Source: Candidatus Multivoradales bacterium (GTDB taxonomy: Bacteria > Acidobacteriota > Thermoanaerobaculia > Multivoradales > Multivoraceae). From it: a DNA stretch of 64,000 nt. Shown here one piece after another: positions 39,101-47,497 of this stretch. The notes beneath the pieces are model-generated. The model saw only the letters and a list, made by a program, of their open reading frames with translations, was not told the origin of the DNA and made no database searches. Made by a program: the position numbers and the translations under genes. Positions within the stretch are counted from its first letter, which is position 1. Every line of letters starts with the position of its first letter. The stretch is taken from the NCBI GenBank assembly GCA_965223325.1, contig CBDCWI010000002.1:3904001-3968000 (forward strand). The letters are read 5' to 3'.

Positions 39101-39389
39101 GCACCACACGTGCCGCGACCTCGATAGGTCGCGAGTCGGTGGGCAGGGTCAACCGCAAGGCGAGCCTTTCGCCCGGCTCGAGTTTCGTCGTTGTACGAAC
39201 GAAGGCTCCATCGGCACTCAGGTCGGAGGCGATTGCTGGTCCAGCCAGCTGCTCGCCCGAGTCGATGCGCACTGCGATATAGGTCGCCCGCCGAGGTGCA
39301 AGGCGGGCTTCCGACTCGCTGCTGCGAGCAGTCGGTGAAGGCATGGCGGTTTGTGGCCCGGGCTGCGAAGGCAGCCAGCTGGTCGTCAC
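36129..39389 (-). CDS. PilZ / YcgR-N-like / PilZ / LuxD-type thioesterase / SAM methyltransferase fusion
   Basis: PilZ1 RLAPR+DLSADG; PilZ2 RRTNRR+DLAEGG; LRFDLCHLVGES, VSVSFSA, GTYDHWV, TGHVL; DFGCGTGN, ILDL, HRILRPGG; GGAG RBS before the GTG. Confidence 0.8.
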   Translation of the reverse strand: MTTSWLPSQPGPQTAMPSPTARSSESEARLAPRRATYIAVRIDSGEQLAGPAIASDLSADGAFVRTTTKLEPGERLALRLTLPTDSRPIEVAARVVRTSPAGFGVRFEELAARDRARLRSHAGFLEMDDAIVRVQQRLGDLLPSNLLPVADPEGVEAILRTAIAGRYPISVLAQRGFQIDEATLAGLTLNDDPTRSTLTLDGVELVEDTTSRVVYIVFSDGSLFYAFEGVLLVPGQRPVLLAPQRLYVTERRTNRRSEAAGYCEFRAPHLTGGFTRFELLDLAEGGASMCVPLNTPFLVGTRLPHFMVSQNGYERPVSGATIRYLTRYDDQTLRVGLHFDDEPGQPSVFEDRSSRSLESTRGNRLRRTFALLRSRVSQVLGRQRSRIESGVEVVQYRNRRGESVVGLIDANFDTSDPSLRPDVAVLVAPALLKRKEVFGLQARTLVDDLGRGGRRVVVLRFDLCHLVGESTMNPKLVEQNQPYLEWDLSNLVDDINASLRYVEQRFNPQKCALVSVSFSAIAARRVVDDAGPRIDAWVAPFGCPDAQDMMRNYFAGLDLFPLWEKGEAPERMHVHGRPVLVDNWFAKAAELDLAYLAEARRDIAAITTPITWIVGTYDHWVTRSRVQQMLEAPGSGIREVFECATGHVLKEGPEAIEVFKLVSESVAKHIFGEDRPATDPDLRKFGEQSRAEWARVKRYRLGDARTFWHQHLFGSGGDDLAYDVLLEHPDYPQFLEHQVGLLDPQPDEDLADFGCGTGNLSRAILSTLTEDQAPASYTILDLVPEALERTATKVEETRIARKLGEFPCLQVNADLEVSRLRPIEDFLEGRAYGVEELAGRIGGLEALTAARIQECYGKALHKALRGAPLTRARLSTICPDLERTELDVIEEIGRAARFCHGKVLPTDLRPGREKATTALDLEFEHLSFADARPGATLDFPDESLDRIGCSLVVSYLADPLVAIREMHRILRPGGVLVVSSLQPNWDPSKQYREESELLRARVEKGDPEAAHQLEALRGFANMMSRLIELEEDGRFRFFGREELRDLLHEAGFARVNLFEGLGSPATAVIGRAVKLGSWGGSWDAPS

Positions 39390-39714
39390 GGCGGTGCTCC
39401 GGAGAAGTACCTCGTTTGCGAACTAGAACTTGCGACCAGGGGTGTGTACCTGGCGGGCCTGAGAAGGAGTGAACGTTGAGGAAAACGCGAATTATATGGG
39501 AGGCAGTCGCTCGTTGCTCTATGTCACGTTGTCTGTCGCTCTATGCTGAGCTGCGACTTCTCGTCCAGGCCTGGAATCGACCTTCGGGCGAGGAATCGAA
39601 GATGCGGGTTGTGCTATATTGGACCCTAGTTTTCCGAGTTTCTAGTACTCCTGAGAGTGCGCTGAACGAGCTGGAAAGCAACACCAAACCGCCGTGTTCG
39701 TAGCGGAGACCTGA

Positions 39715-40032
39715 ATGACGACCGAACCGCAAGAAGTGCTCGAGTCCAACATGCCCGAGAGTCTCGAAGTCGAGATCTACGGCGGGACGTACCGAGTACG
39801 TGGCGGTGACGCCGAGGAGCTCCGGGAGCTGGCGGGCTACGTAGACAAGAAAATGAAGGAGGTCGCGACACATCTCGCGACAGTCGATACGACGAAGATT
39901 GCGATCCTCGCCGCGCTGAATATTGCCGATGAACTGCGCAGCGGGAGTCGAGAGAGCCAGCCCGGGGTCGAGCGTCAGCTCGACCTGATGGCCGGTGCTT
40001 TAGAAGAGGCGCTCGGAGAATCGGTGGGCTAG
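39715..40032 (+). CDS. zapA: Cell division protein ZapA
   Basis: VEIYGGTY, LAGYVDKKMKEV, KIAILAALNIADEL; lies upstream of 6S RNA and rny. Confidence 0.9.
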   Translation: MTTEPQEVLESNMPESLEVEIYGGTYRVRGGDAEELRELAGYVDKKMKEVATHLATVDTTKIAILAALNIADELRSGSRESQPGVERQLDLMAGALEEALGESVG

Positions 40033-40109
40033 AGGGAACCGGGAGAATCGAGATCCCCTCAGGCTCCGAATGATGAGTGCGAGCGCCCAATACGAAGATC
40101 GAAGAATGT

Positions 40110-40299
40110 TGCACCCCCTGCGCGGTACGTGATGGCCCAACCACTGTTAGAACCTACGCTTCTTTTCCGGGAGTCCTATATCCACGTGGCCTGTGCCAGC
40201 CTCGCTCGTACGAGGACGCTGATGGCTCGAGGCGCGGACACCCACCTGGTCATGCCAGGTTCTAAGCCGGACGGGTCACACGGTCGGGCGGGGGGTGCC
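40110..40299 (+). ncRNA. ssrS: 6S RNA
   Basis: Canonical zapA-ssrS-rny position. Rod pairing GCACCCCCTGC(40111)/GCGGGGGGTGC(40288) and TTAGAACCT/AGGTTCTAA flanking a central bubble. Ends are approximate. Confidence 0.8.
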
Positions 40300-40421
40300 A
40301 CCCTTCGTTTCGCTGGCAGCGGTCGCCAACTTGCCGCGACCGCCGGGGGTGTGAACCCCTAAGGGAAGTCGGTTCTCTCGCCGAAGGTGTCGTGCCTCTT
40401 GCCATATAGGCGGAGGTACCA

Positions 40422-41987
40422 ATGGACACGAATGTTGTACTAGCTGCGCTGGCGCTAGTGGCCGCTGCGTCCATGCCTGTGGTTTGGCTCCTGTTCGTGC
40501 GACGTGCTGCACGGCAGATCACCATCCAGGCGCGCCGCAAGGCGACGCGGCTTCTCGAAGAGGCCGACCGCGAGCGCGACGCCAAGCGTCGCGAGGACGA
40601 GCTCGCGGCACGGGAAAGAACGCTGCAGCGCCGCGCTGAGTTCGAAGCGGAGGCTTCGAAACACCGCGCCGAACTCGATGAGCGGGCTCGCGAACTGGCC
40701 GACGAGCGCCGCGAGTACACGGAGCAGGCGGCGCAACTCGAGCGTCGACTCCTCGAACAGGAAGAAAGAGAACAGGCACTCGCTGCGACAGAGGCGAATG
40801 TCGAGGCCAGAGGGCAGCGTTACGCGAGGCTGTTGGAGGACGAACGCCACCGGCTCGAGCGCGTCGCCGGGCTGACCGCTCAGCAAGCGCGCGAAGAGCT
40901 CGTTCGCAGCCTCGAGGCCGAGGCACGCATCGAAGCCGCTCACCTGATCAAGAAGATCGAAGACGAAGCGCGTGAGCGCGCTCTTCCCGAAGCGCAACGG
41001 ATCATCTCGATGGCGATCGAGCGCTCGGCAGCGGACTACATCAATGAAACCACGGTTTCGGTGGTGATGTTGCCCAGCGACGACATGAAGGGTCGCATCA
41101 TCGGCCGTGAGGGACGCAACATCCGCGCGCTCGAAATGGCGACGGGCGTCGACTTGATCGTCGACGATACCCCCGAGGCCGTGATTGTTTCGGGCTTCGA
41201 TCCCTACCGGCGGGAGATCGCTCGCGTCAGCCTCGAGCGCTTGATCGCCGATGGGCGCATTCACCCTGCCCGGATCGAAGAGGTGACCGAGAAGACGCGC
41301 GCCGAATTCGAGCAACGAATTCAGAGTGACGGCCAGGAGGCGCTGCTCGAGCTCAACCTTTCGAATGTGCACGCTGAGTTGGTGAAGCTGCTGGGGCGGT
41401 TGCGCTATCGCACCAGCTACGGTCAGAACGTCTTGCAACACAGCAAGGAGGTCGCCTTTCTGGCGGCCAACATGGCGGGCGAGCTGCGTGCTGACGTGCA
41501 CGTTGCCAAACGTGCGGGCCTCTTCCATGACATTGGCAAGGCGGTTGATCGCGAGATGGAAGGCACCCACCTCGAGGTGGGGATCGACCTCTTGCGCAAG
41601 TACGGCGAAACGGAAGAAGTTGTGCACGCCATGGCGTGTCACCACGGTGACTACGATCCTGAGACCGTGGAGGCTGTCCTGGTGACTTCTGCCGATGCGC
41701 TGTCGGCCGCGCGCCCAGGCGCGCGGCGCGAGATTCTCGAGACCTATATGCGACGACTCGAGAAGCTCGAGGAGCTCGCCTCGAGTTTCGACGGTGTCAA
41801 CAAGAGCTACGCGATTCAGGCCGGTCGCGAGGTCCGCATCATCGTCGACTGCGACAAGCTGAGCGACGAGGAGGCCATTTGGCTGTCGAAGGATGTCGCC
41901 AAGAAGATCGAGAAGGAACTGACCTATCCCGGGCATATCAAGGTCACCGTGATTCGGGAGTCGCGAGCGGTTGACTATGCCCGCTGA
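40422..41987 (+). CDS. rny: Ribonuclease Y
   Basis: N-terminal TM, coiled coil, KH ([13 protein letters not shown]), HD (HSKEVA, HDIGK), [12 protein letters not shown]. Confidence 0.97.
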   Translation: MDTNVVLAALALVAAASMPVVWLLFVRRAARQITIQARRKATRLLEEADRERDAKRREDELAARERTLQRRAEFEAEASKHRAELDERARELADERREYTEQAAQLERRLLEQEEREQALAATEANVEARGQRYARLLEDERHRLERVAGLTAQQAREELVRSLEAEARIEAAHLIKKIEDEARERALPEAQRIISMAIERSAADYINETTVSVVMLPSDDMKGRIIGREGRNIRALEMATGVDLIVDDTPEAVIVSGFDPYRREIARVSLERLIADGRIHPARIEEVTEKTRAEFEQRIQSDGQEALLELNLSNVHAELVKLLGRLRYRTSYGQNVLQHSKEVAFLAANMAGELRADVHVAKRAGLFHDIGKAVDREMEGTHLEVGIDLLRKYGETEEVVHAMACHHGDYDPETVEAVLVTSADALSAARPGARREILETYMRRLEKLEELASSFDGVNKSYAIQAGREVRIIVDCDKLSDEEAIWLSKDVAKKIEKELTYPGHIKVTVIRESRAVDYAR

Positions 41988-42062
41988 TCGCGCGCGTCAG
42001 CTCTATACGGTGACTGCTCGCTGACTGACGTAGAGTCCGGTCAACAAACGCGGAGATCAACC

Positions 42063-42860
42063 TTGAAACTTCTGTTCGTCGGCGACGTCATCGGCCGCCC
42101 CGGTCGGCGTGTTCTGCGCCTCTTGCTCGAGCGGCTGATCGAGAAGCACGCCATCGACTACACGATTGTCAACATCGAGAATGCAGCCGGCGGCTTTGGC
42201 GTCAACGCGAGTGTGATTGCCGAGCTCGCTCCGCTTCCGATCGATTGCATGACGAGCGGCAACCACATCTGGGACAAGAAGGAGGGCGTTGCCTTTCTCG
42301 ACCAGCGCCCCAGCCTACTTCGCCCTGCGAACTATCCCGCTGGAACGCCAGGCAAAGGACTGTTCATCGGAGAAACAGCGGCCGGAGTCAAGGTCGCGAC
42401 GATCAACCTAGAAGGTCAGGTCTTCATGAAGGCCCTGCCCTCCCCCTTCCAGGAGGTCGATCGCCTACTCGCTGGTCTGCCCTCGGACGTCCGCGTCGTC
42501 GTCGTCGACTTCCACGCCGAAGCCACCAGCGAAAAACAGGCGATGGGCTTCCACCTCGACGGCCGCGCGAGTGCCGTTCTCGGTACTCACACCCACGTGC
42601 CAACGGCCGACGGGCGGGTGCTCCCGGGGGGCACCGCTCTGCAGACCGACGTCGGCATGACCGGCCCCTATGAATCCATCATCGGCTTCCGCGCGGACAA
42701 GGTGCTGCAGCGGTTCTACACCCACCAGCGGGCGCCTTTCGAGGTTGCCAAGCGGGATGTCCGCCTTTCGGCGGCGGTTGTCGACATCGATGAAGCGACC
42801 GGCCGGGCGCGTTCTATCGACCACCTGTGGGAGCCCGAGGAGCGACCCGCCGGGATCTGA
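42063..42860 (+). CDS. ymdB: YmdB/TIGR00282-family metallophosphoesterase
   Basis: GDVIG, NIENAAGG, TSGNHIWD, DFHAEATSEK, GTHTHV, TDVGMTGP. Confidence 0.93.
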   Translation: MKLLFVGDVIGRPGRRVLRLLLERLIEKHAIDYTIVNIENAAGGFGVNASVIAELAPLPIDCMTSGNHIWDKKEGVAFLDQRPSLLRPANYPAGTPGKGLFIGETAAGVKVATINLEGQVFMKALPSPFQEVDRLLAGLPSDVRVVVVDFHAEATSEKQAMGFHLDGRASAVLGTHTHVPTADGRVLPGGTALQTDVGMTGPYESIIGFRADKVLQRFYTHQRAPFEVAKRDVRLSAAVVDIDEATGRARSIDHLWEPEERPAGI

Positions 42861-42901
42861 ACGTCTCCCTGAGCTCCCGACGCGAGGGGCACTCGGATAG
42901 C

Positions 42902-43828
42902 ATGGAAGCTCACATGAAAGACGACGAGAAGGTGGCTCGAGAGGCCGCAGGCGCGAGCTCCGTTGTAGAGCGGATTCCGGTCTCGGCGATCGTGACAACG
43001 TTCAACGAAGAACGCCACATCGCTGAGTGTCTGGAGTCTCTCTTGTGGTGCGACGAGGTCTTGGTCGTCGACTCATTCTCGACCGATCGTACCCCCGAGA
43101 TCGCACGCTCCTATCCGGAAGTGCGTTTCCTCCAGCGCACGTACTACGGCTCTGCTTCGCAGAAGAACTGGGCGATGGATCAGGCGAAGCACGACTGGAT
43201 TCTCATTCTTGACGCCGACGAGCGCATCACCCCAGCTCTCAGAGCGGAGCTCGAAGAGGTGCTTGCCAGCGACCCCCAGTACAGCGCCTACACAATCCAG
43301 CGTACGGTCTACTTCCTGGGCAAGGTCATTCGTTTCTCGGGCTGGCAAAGAGATCGTGTAGTGCGCTTGCTCGACCGGTCGTTTGGCCGCTACCCGAACC
43401 GGCGGGTGCATGCCGACATGGTGACCCGGGGGCCGGCTCCCGTACTGCGCAACCCGATGCTGCACTACATGGTCGAGGACTTTCCCTCATACGCCAAGCG
43501 CATCCACAAGTACTCGTGGTGGGGCGGTGCACAAGCCTGGATGGAGGGTAAGCGAGCCGGTGTTGCCGAGGTCCTCGGGCGCTCGGTGTGGCGGTTCATT
43601 CGCACCTACTTCGTCCAGCTCGGGTTTCTCGATGGCATGCGGGGCCTGGTCTTCTGCCTCCTTCAGGCTGCTGGTACCTTCATGAAATGGTCGTTCGTCT
43701 GGTCGTGGCGCGAAGGTGAGCGCCATGGCCTGAAGCCGAACCTTCCCGACTTCGATGAGAGTGAGTCGACCTGGGAGGGCCTGAGCGACCTGGCCGAGCC
43801 CGCGCAGCCGGCGCGCGCGGAACTCTAG
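42902..43828 (+). CDS. Glycosyltransferase family 2 (LPS-core WaaE-like)
   Basis: TFNEE, VVDSFSTDRT, DWILILDADER, GFLDG. Start uncertain. Confidence 0.88.
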   Translation: MEAHMKDDEKVAREAAGASSVVERIPVSAIVTTFNEERHIAECLESLLWCDEVLVVDSFSTDRTPEIARSYPEVRFLQRTYYGSASQKNWAMDQAKHDWILILDADERITPALRAELEEVLASDPQYSAYTIQRTVYFLGKVIRFSGWQRDRVVRLLDRSFGRYPNRRVHADMVTRGPAPVLRNPMLHYMVEDFPSYAKRIHKYSWWGGAQAWMEGKRAGVAEVLGRSVWRFIRTYFVQLGFLDGMRGLVFCLLQAAGTFMKWSFVWSWREGERHGLKPNLPDFDESESTWEGLSDLAEPAQPARAEL

Positions 43829-43990
43829 TACCCCGTACCATTGAAAGGGATAGTGGCTGAGCGGATGATCGTGCTCGAGATCAAGGCGTCACGACAGAGG
43901 CATATTGGTGATCTGTCGAGGAGTGACAACACAGAGATCGAGCGCGAGGACCGCGCAGACGCTGTGCGTTTCAATGGTACGGGGTACTAG
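43825..43990. mobile_element. 166-bp MITE-like element with perfect 22-bp terminal inverted repeats, CTAG ends included
   Basis: CTAGTACCCCGTACCATTGAAA (43825-43846) / TTTCAATGGTACGGGGTACTAG (43969-43990). Confidence 0.75.
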
Positions 43991-43999
43991 GAAGCCTCC

Positions 44000-44554
44000 A
44001 TGTTGGTTGCTTTTCCTGTTCATGGGAGGCGGAGGCGAGTCTCGTGTCGCGCCGTTTCGAGCGGACTGCTGCTGGTCGCCTTGGCACCTCCTGCGCTCGG
44101 CCAGTCGGCTGACCAGAGTGTCGGCCGCAGTCTCGGGATAAGCCTGGGGGTCTGGGACCTTGGCGACGAAGAGGCGACTCTTCTCGGTCTCGACTACGGT
44201 TTTCGCCCACGCCGCTGGGGCCTCGAGCCTCACATTGGCGTGGCGGCGACCGAAGACTCTACTTTCTACGGCTATGCGGGAGTTCGTCGTCATTACCGTC
44301 TCGGGGGGAGGTTTGTGGCCACGCCGAGCTTTGCGATCTCGCTCTGGGAACAGGGCGACGGGAAAGACCTGGGGCACGTCGTGGAATTCAGGAGCGGCCT
44401 GGCGATCTCCCGTCAGTTGGCCAGTGGTGCACGAATCGGCGTGGGCATCTATCATTTATCCAACTCCAGTCTCGCGAGCCGCAACCCGGGTTCGAACGAG
44501 CTGTTGTTTCGCCTGGTCCTACCCACCGCACGCAACCGAAGAGGTGCGCCATGA
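44000..44554 (+). CDS. PagL-like acyloxyacyl hydrolase / lipid A deacylase beta-barrel
   Basis: Signal peptide, EFRSGL, YHLSNSSLASRNPGSN (HxSN motif). Confidence 0.75.
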   Translation: MLVAFPVHGRRRRVSCRAVSSGLLLVALAPPALGQSADQSVGRSLGISLGVWDLGDEEATLLGLDYGFRPRRWGLEPHIGVAATEDSTFYGYAGVRRHYRLGGRFVATPSFAISLWEQGDGKDLGHVVEFRSGLAISRQLASGARIGVGIYHLSNSSLASRNPGSNELLFRLVLPTARNRRGAP

Positions 44555-44835
44555 GCGTTCCCGCTGACCTTCTCGAGATCCTCGTTTGCCCCAAGAGTCA
44601 CGGGTCGCTCGAGCTCGTCGACCTTCCGGACGACACCCGCAAGCAGCTCGCAGACAAGTATCGCGAGCACTTTCGCGACGAAGAGCCCGTCATCGAGCAG
44701 GGTCTGTGGTGCGCCGAGTCGGGGCTCTTGTACCCCGTGGTCTCGGACGTTCCGGTGATGCTCATCGAAGATGCCCTTCCCGGGTCTGCGATTGGGCGGG
44801 CAGCCGACGATCCGGACGACAGTGGCTCAGCTTGA
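44551..44835 (+). CDS. Trm112/YcaR-family protein
   Basis: LLEILVCPKSHGSL...LYPVVSDVPVMLIEDA. Confidence 0.85.
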   Translation: MSVPADLLEILVCPKSHGSLELVDLPDDTRKQLADKYREHFRDEEPVIEQGLWCAESGLLYPVVSDVPVMLIEDALPGSAIGRAADDPDDSGSA

Positions 44836-44880
44836 GCCTCATCCTCGATCTTTCGCCTGAGCCCACCCGCAGTGATCTGA

Positions 44881-45786
44881 GTGTGTAGCTCCGAGTCGTC
44901 GCGCGGCTTTAGATCCTGGTTCGACGCGGTCATTCCCGATGTCGAGTCGGCTCTCGATCGTTTTCTGCCGTCAGCAGACGCGGCGCCAACGAGACTGCAC
45001 GAAGCCATGCGCTATGCGGTCTTCGCGGGAGGCAAGCGGGTGCGCCCGGCTCTCGTTCTTCTCGGCGGCGAGCTCTGGGGTGGTGCACGCGCTGATCTCC
45101 TGCCGGCCGCCGCGGCCCTCGAAATGGTTCACTGCTTCAGCCTGATCCACGACGATCTTCCGGCGCTCGACGACGACGAACTGCGGCGCGGGCGCCCGAC
45201 GGTCCATCGCCAGTTCGACGAAGCGACCGCTGTTCTCGCTGGCGACGCCCTGCTCAACCTGGCCTACGAAGTGCTGGCTCGGGAACCCGAAGGAGCGCAG
45301 GCGAAACGGCGGGAGCGTGCTCAGGCGATTCTTGCTGCTGGGGTGGCAGAGATGATTCGTGGGCAGGCGGGCGACCTGGCCGCCGAGGGGGTCTGGCCCG
45401 ACGACCCGGTTGCGGAGCTCGAGTGGATCCATCGCCGCAAGACCGGTGCTTTGCTGGCCGCGTCGCTGCGTCTTGGGGCGATCTACGCTGGTGCAAGCGA
45501 GGCCGAGGATGCGCAGCTGCTGGCGTTGGGCCATTCGATCGGCCTCTTGTTTCAGATCGCCGATGATATTTTGGACCTGGAGGGGTCGACAGCAACGCTC
45601 GGCAAGACGGCCGGCAAAGATCAGGAGGCCGACAAGTTGACCTACCCACGCGTCCACGGGCTCTCTGGAGCCAAGACCCGCCTCATCGAAACCCGTGATC
45701 TTGCCCTCCTGCAGGCTGCCGAGTTGCCTCGGGGCGGCGGTGTTCTCCCCGACATGCTGCACTACCTGACAGAACGCGACCGGTGA
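44881..45786 (+). CDS. ispA: Farnesyl/geranylgeranyl diphosphate synthase
   Basis: GGKRVRP, SLIHDDLPALDDDELRRGRPT, FQIADDILD, GKTAGKD. Confidence 0.92.
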   Translation: MCSSESSRGFRSWFDAVIPDVESALDRFLPSADAAPTRLHEAMRYAVFAGGKRVRPALVLLGGELWGGARADLLPAAAALEMVHCFSLIHDDLPALDDDELRRGRPTVHRQFDEATAVLAGDALLNLAYEVLAREPEGAQAKRRERAQAILAAGVAEMIRGQAGDLAAEGVWPDDPVAELEWIHRRKTGALLAASLRLGAIYAGASEAEDAQLLALGHSIGLLFQIADDILDLEGSTATLGKTAGKDQEADKLTYPRVHGLSGAKTRLIETRDLALLQAAELPRGGGVLPDMLHYLTERDR

Positions 45787-46574
45787 GTATCGTGTCGGCT
45801 TCCCGTTCGACTCGCTCTCGCCTCGACCTCCTCCTGGTTGAACGTGGCCTGTTCGAGAGTCGCGAGAAGGCACGTCGTGCCGTGATGGCCGGCCTGGTTC
45901 ACGTCGACGGGCAGCGGGTCGACAAGGCTGGTACCCAGATTGCTGCAACTGCGGCGCTCCACGTTAAAGAGCGCGAGCCTTACGTCTCTCGAGCGGGTCG
46001 CAAGCTGGCCGCGGCGCTCGACCATTTCGAGGTCGATCCCCAGAACCTGATCTGCCTGGACATCGGTGCCTCGACGGGTGGCTTTACCGACTGTCTGCTC
46101 CAGCGCGGAGCCCGGCGGGTCTACGCGGTCGACGTTGGCTACGGCCAACTCGATGCGCGCTTGCGCTCTGACCCTCGGGTCATCGTGATGGAGAGAGTCA
46201 ACGCGCGACGGCTTGACCCCGCTGATTTCCCCGAACAGGCCGAACTCGCGGTTCTCGACGTCTCCTTCATCTCGTTGGTCAAGATACTGCCCGCGGTGAC
46301 CCCACTTCTCATTCCCGGGTCACGGTTGCTGCCGATGATCAAGCCGCAGTTCGAGGGCGAGCGTCATCAGGTCGGCAAAGGGGGCATCGTGCGAGACGAA
46401 GAAGTGAGACGCTCCATCATCGACCGTCGACTGGCTGACTTCGAGTCCTTGGGGCTGGAGGTCAAAGCGGTAGTCGACAACCAGCTCACGGGCGCTGGCG
46501 GAAATCGCGAAGCGTTTGCGCTCCTTGAACACCCAGCTTCGCCCATCACAGTCCCACCAGAGGCGTCGTCGTGA
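45783..46574 (+). CDS. tlyA: TlyA-family rRNA 2'-O-methyltransferase
   Basis: S4 domain RLDLLL, YVSRAGRKL, LDIGASTGGFTD, DVSFISL, KPQFE. Confidence 0.95.
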   Translation: MSIVSASRSTRSRLDLLLVERGLFESREKARRAVMAGLVHVDGQRVDKAGTQIAATAALHVKEREPYVSRAGRKLAAALDHFEVDPQNLICLDIGASTGGFTDCLLQRGARRVYAVDVGYGQLDARLRSDPRVIVMERVNARRLDPADFPEQAELAVLDVSFISLVKILPAVTPLLIPGSRLLPMIKPQFEGERHQVGKGGIVRDEEVRRSIIDRRLADFESLGLEVKAVVDNQLTGAGGNREAFALLEHPASPITVPPEASS

Positions 46575-47494
46575 CCTCCGTACCTTCCGATTCGATGCGG
46601 GCTGGCCGCCTGGTGCGCGACGGCCGCAAGATCAAGACGGTTGGCATTGCCGCTAAAGGTCGGAGCCGCGAGTCGGTCCACCTTGCCGACGAGTTGAGCG
46701 AGTGGCTCAAACGGCGAGGTCTCGAAGTTCTGGTCGAAGAGTCAGTGATTCGCGCCCGATCGCTCGAGGGCGTCAGGCCGTTGCTGACCAACGGCGAAGC
46801 GGGCGCGGCGACCCGCTGTGATCTGGTGATCGTTCTCGGAGGTGACGGCACGCTGCTCTCGGTTGCCCGTGACCTTCCGCCGGCAACGCCGATCCTGGGC
46901 GTCAACCTAGGGCATCTCGGTTTCATGACCGAGGTCAACCGCGGCGAGCTCTACCCATCTCTCGTACAGTTGCTCGGGGGTACCTTCGAAACCGAAGAGC
47001 GGTCGTTACTCGACGTCGAGATGGTGCGTGCCACCGGTGGCCGGCAGTCCTTTCGAGCTCTCAACGATGTGGTGATTACCAAGAGCGCTCTGGCGCGCAT
47101 GATTCGCCTGGGTGTCGAGATCAGTGGCCACCGCATCGCCGACTACCGTTCCGATGGGCTGATCGTTTCGACCCCGACCGGGTCGACGGCTTACAACCTG
47201 TCGGCTGGCGGCCCGATCATCTACCCGGCGCTGCCCGTTGTCGTTTTGACTCCGATCTGTCCCCATACCCTGACCATGCGACCGCTGGTCGTTTCTGAGT
47301 CGAGCGATATCGAGATCGTGCTCGACAGTGCGCAAGAAGAGGTCTACCTGACGCTCGATGGCCAGGAGGGCACGACCCTTTCTCACCACGATCGGGTGTG
47401 TGTGACGTCGAACGGTGACCCGGTACAGCTGGTCAAGGTCAGCGGGCGTACCTTCTTCGATGCCCTGCGCGGCAAACTGCGCTGGGGGGAGTGA
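46571..47494 (+). CDS. nadK: NAD kinase
   Basis: LGGDGTLL, ALNDVV, DGLIVSTPTGSTAYNLSAGGP. Confidence 0.96.
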   Translation: MTSVPSDSMRAGRLVRDGRKIKTVGIAAKGRSRESVHLADELSEWLKRRGLEVLVEESVIRARSLEGVRPLLTNGEAGAATRCDLVIVLGGDGTLLSVARDLPPATPILGVNLGHLGFMTEVNRGELYPSLVQLLGGTFETEERSLLDVEMVRATGGRQSFRALNDVVITKSALARMIRLGVEISGHRIADYRSDGLIVSTPTGSTAYNLSAGGPIIYPALPVVVLTPICPHTLTMRPLVVSESSDIEIVLDSAQEEVYLTLDGQEGTTLSHHDRVCVTSNGDPVQLVKVSGRTFFDALRGKLRWGE

Positions 47495-47497
47495 AGC

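Noticed and set aside
36129-39389. Bioluminescence (lux) locus
   Set aside because: Only a LuxD-like domain is present; no luxA/B/C/E in the window.
22168-39714. Prophage or ICE
   Set aside because: No integrase, phage or conjugation genes, and no att-like repeats seen.
40455-41936. Long antisense ORFs opposite rny and other core genes
   Set aside because: Typical high-GC shadow ORFs with no recognisable motifs.
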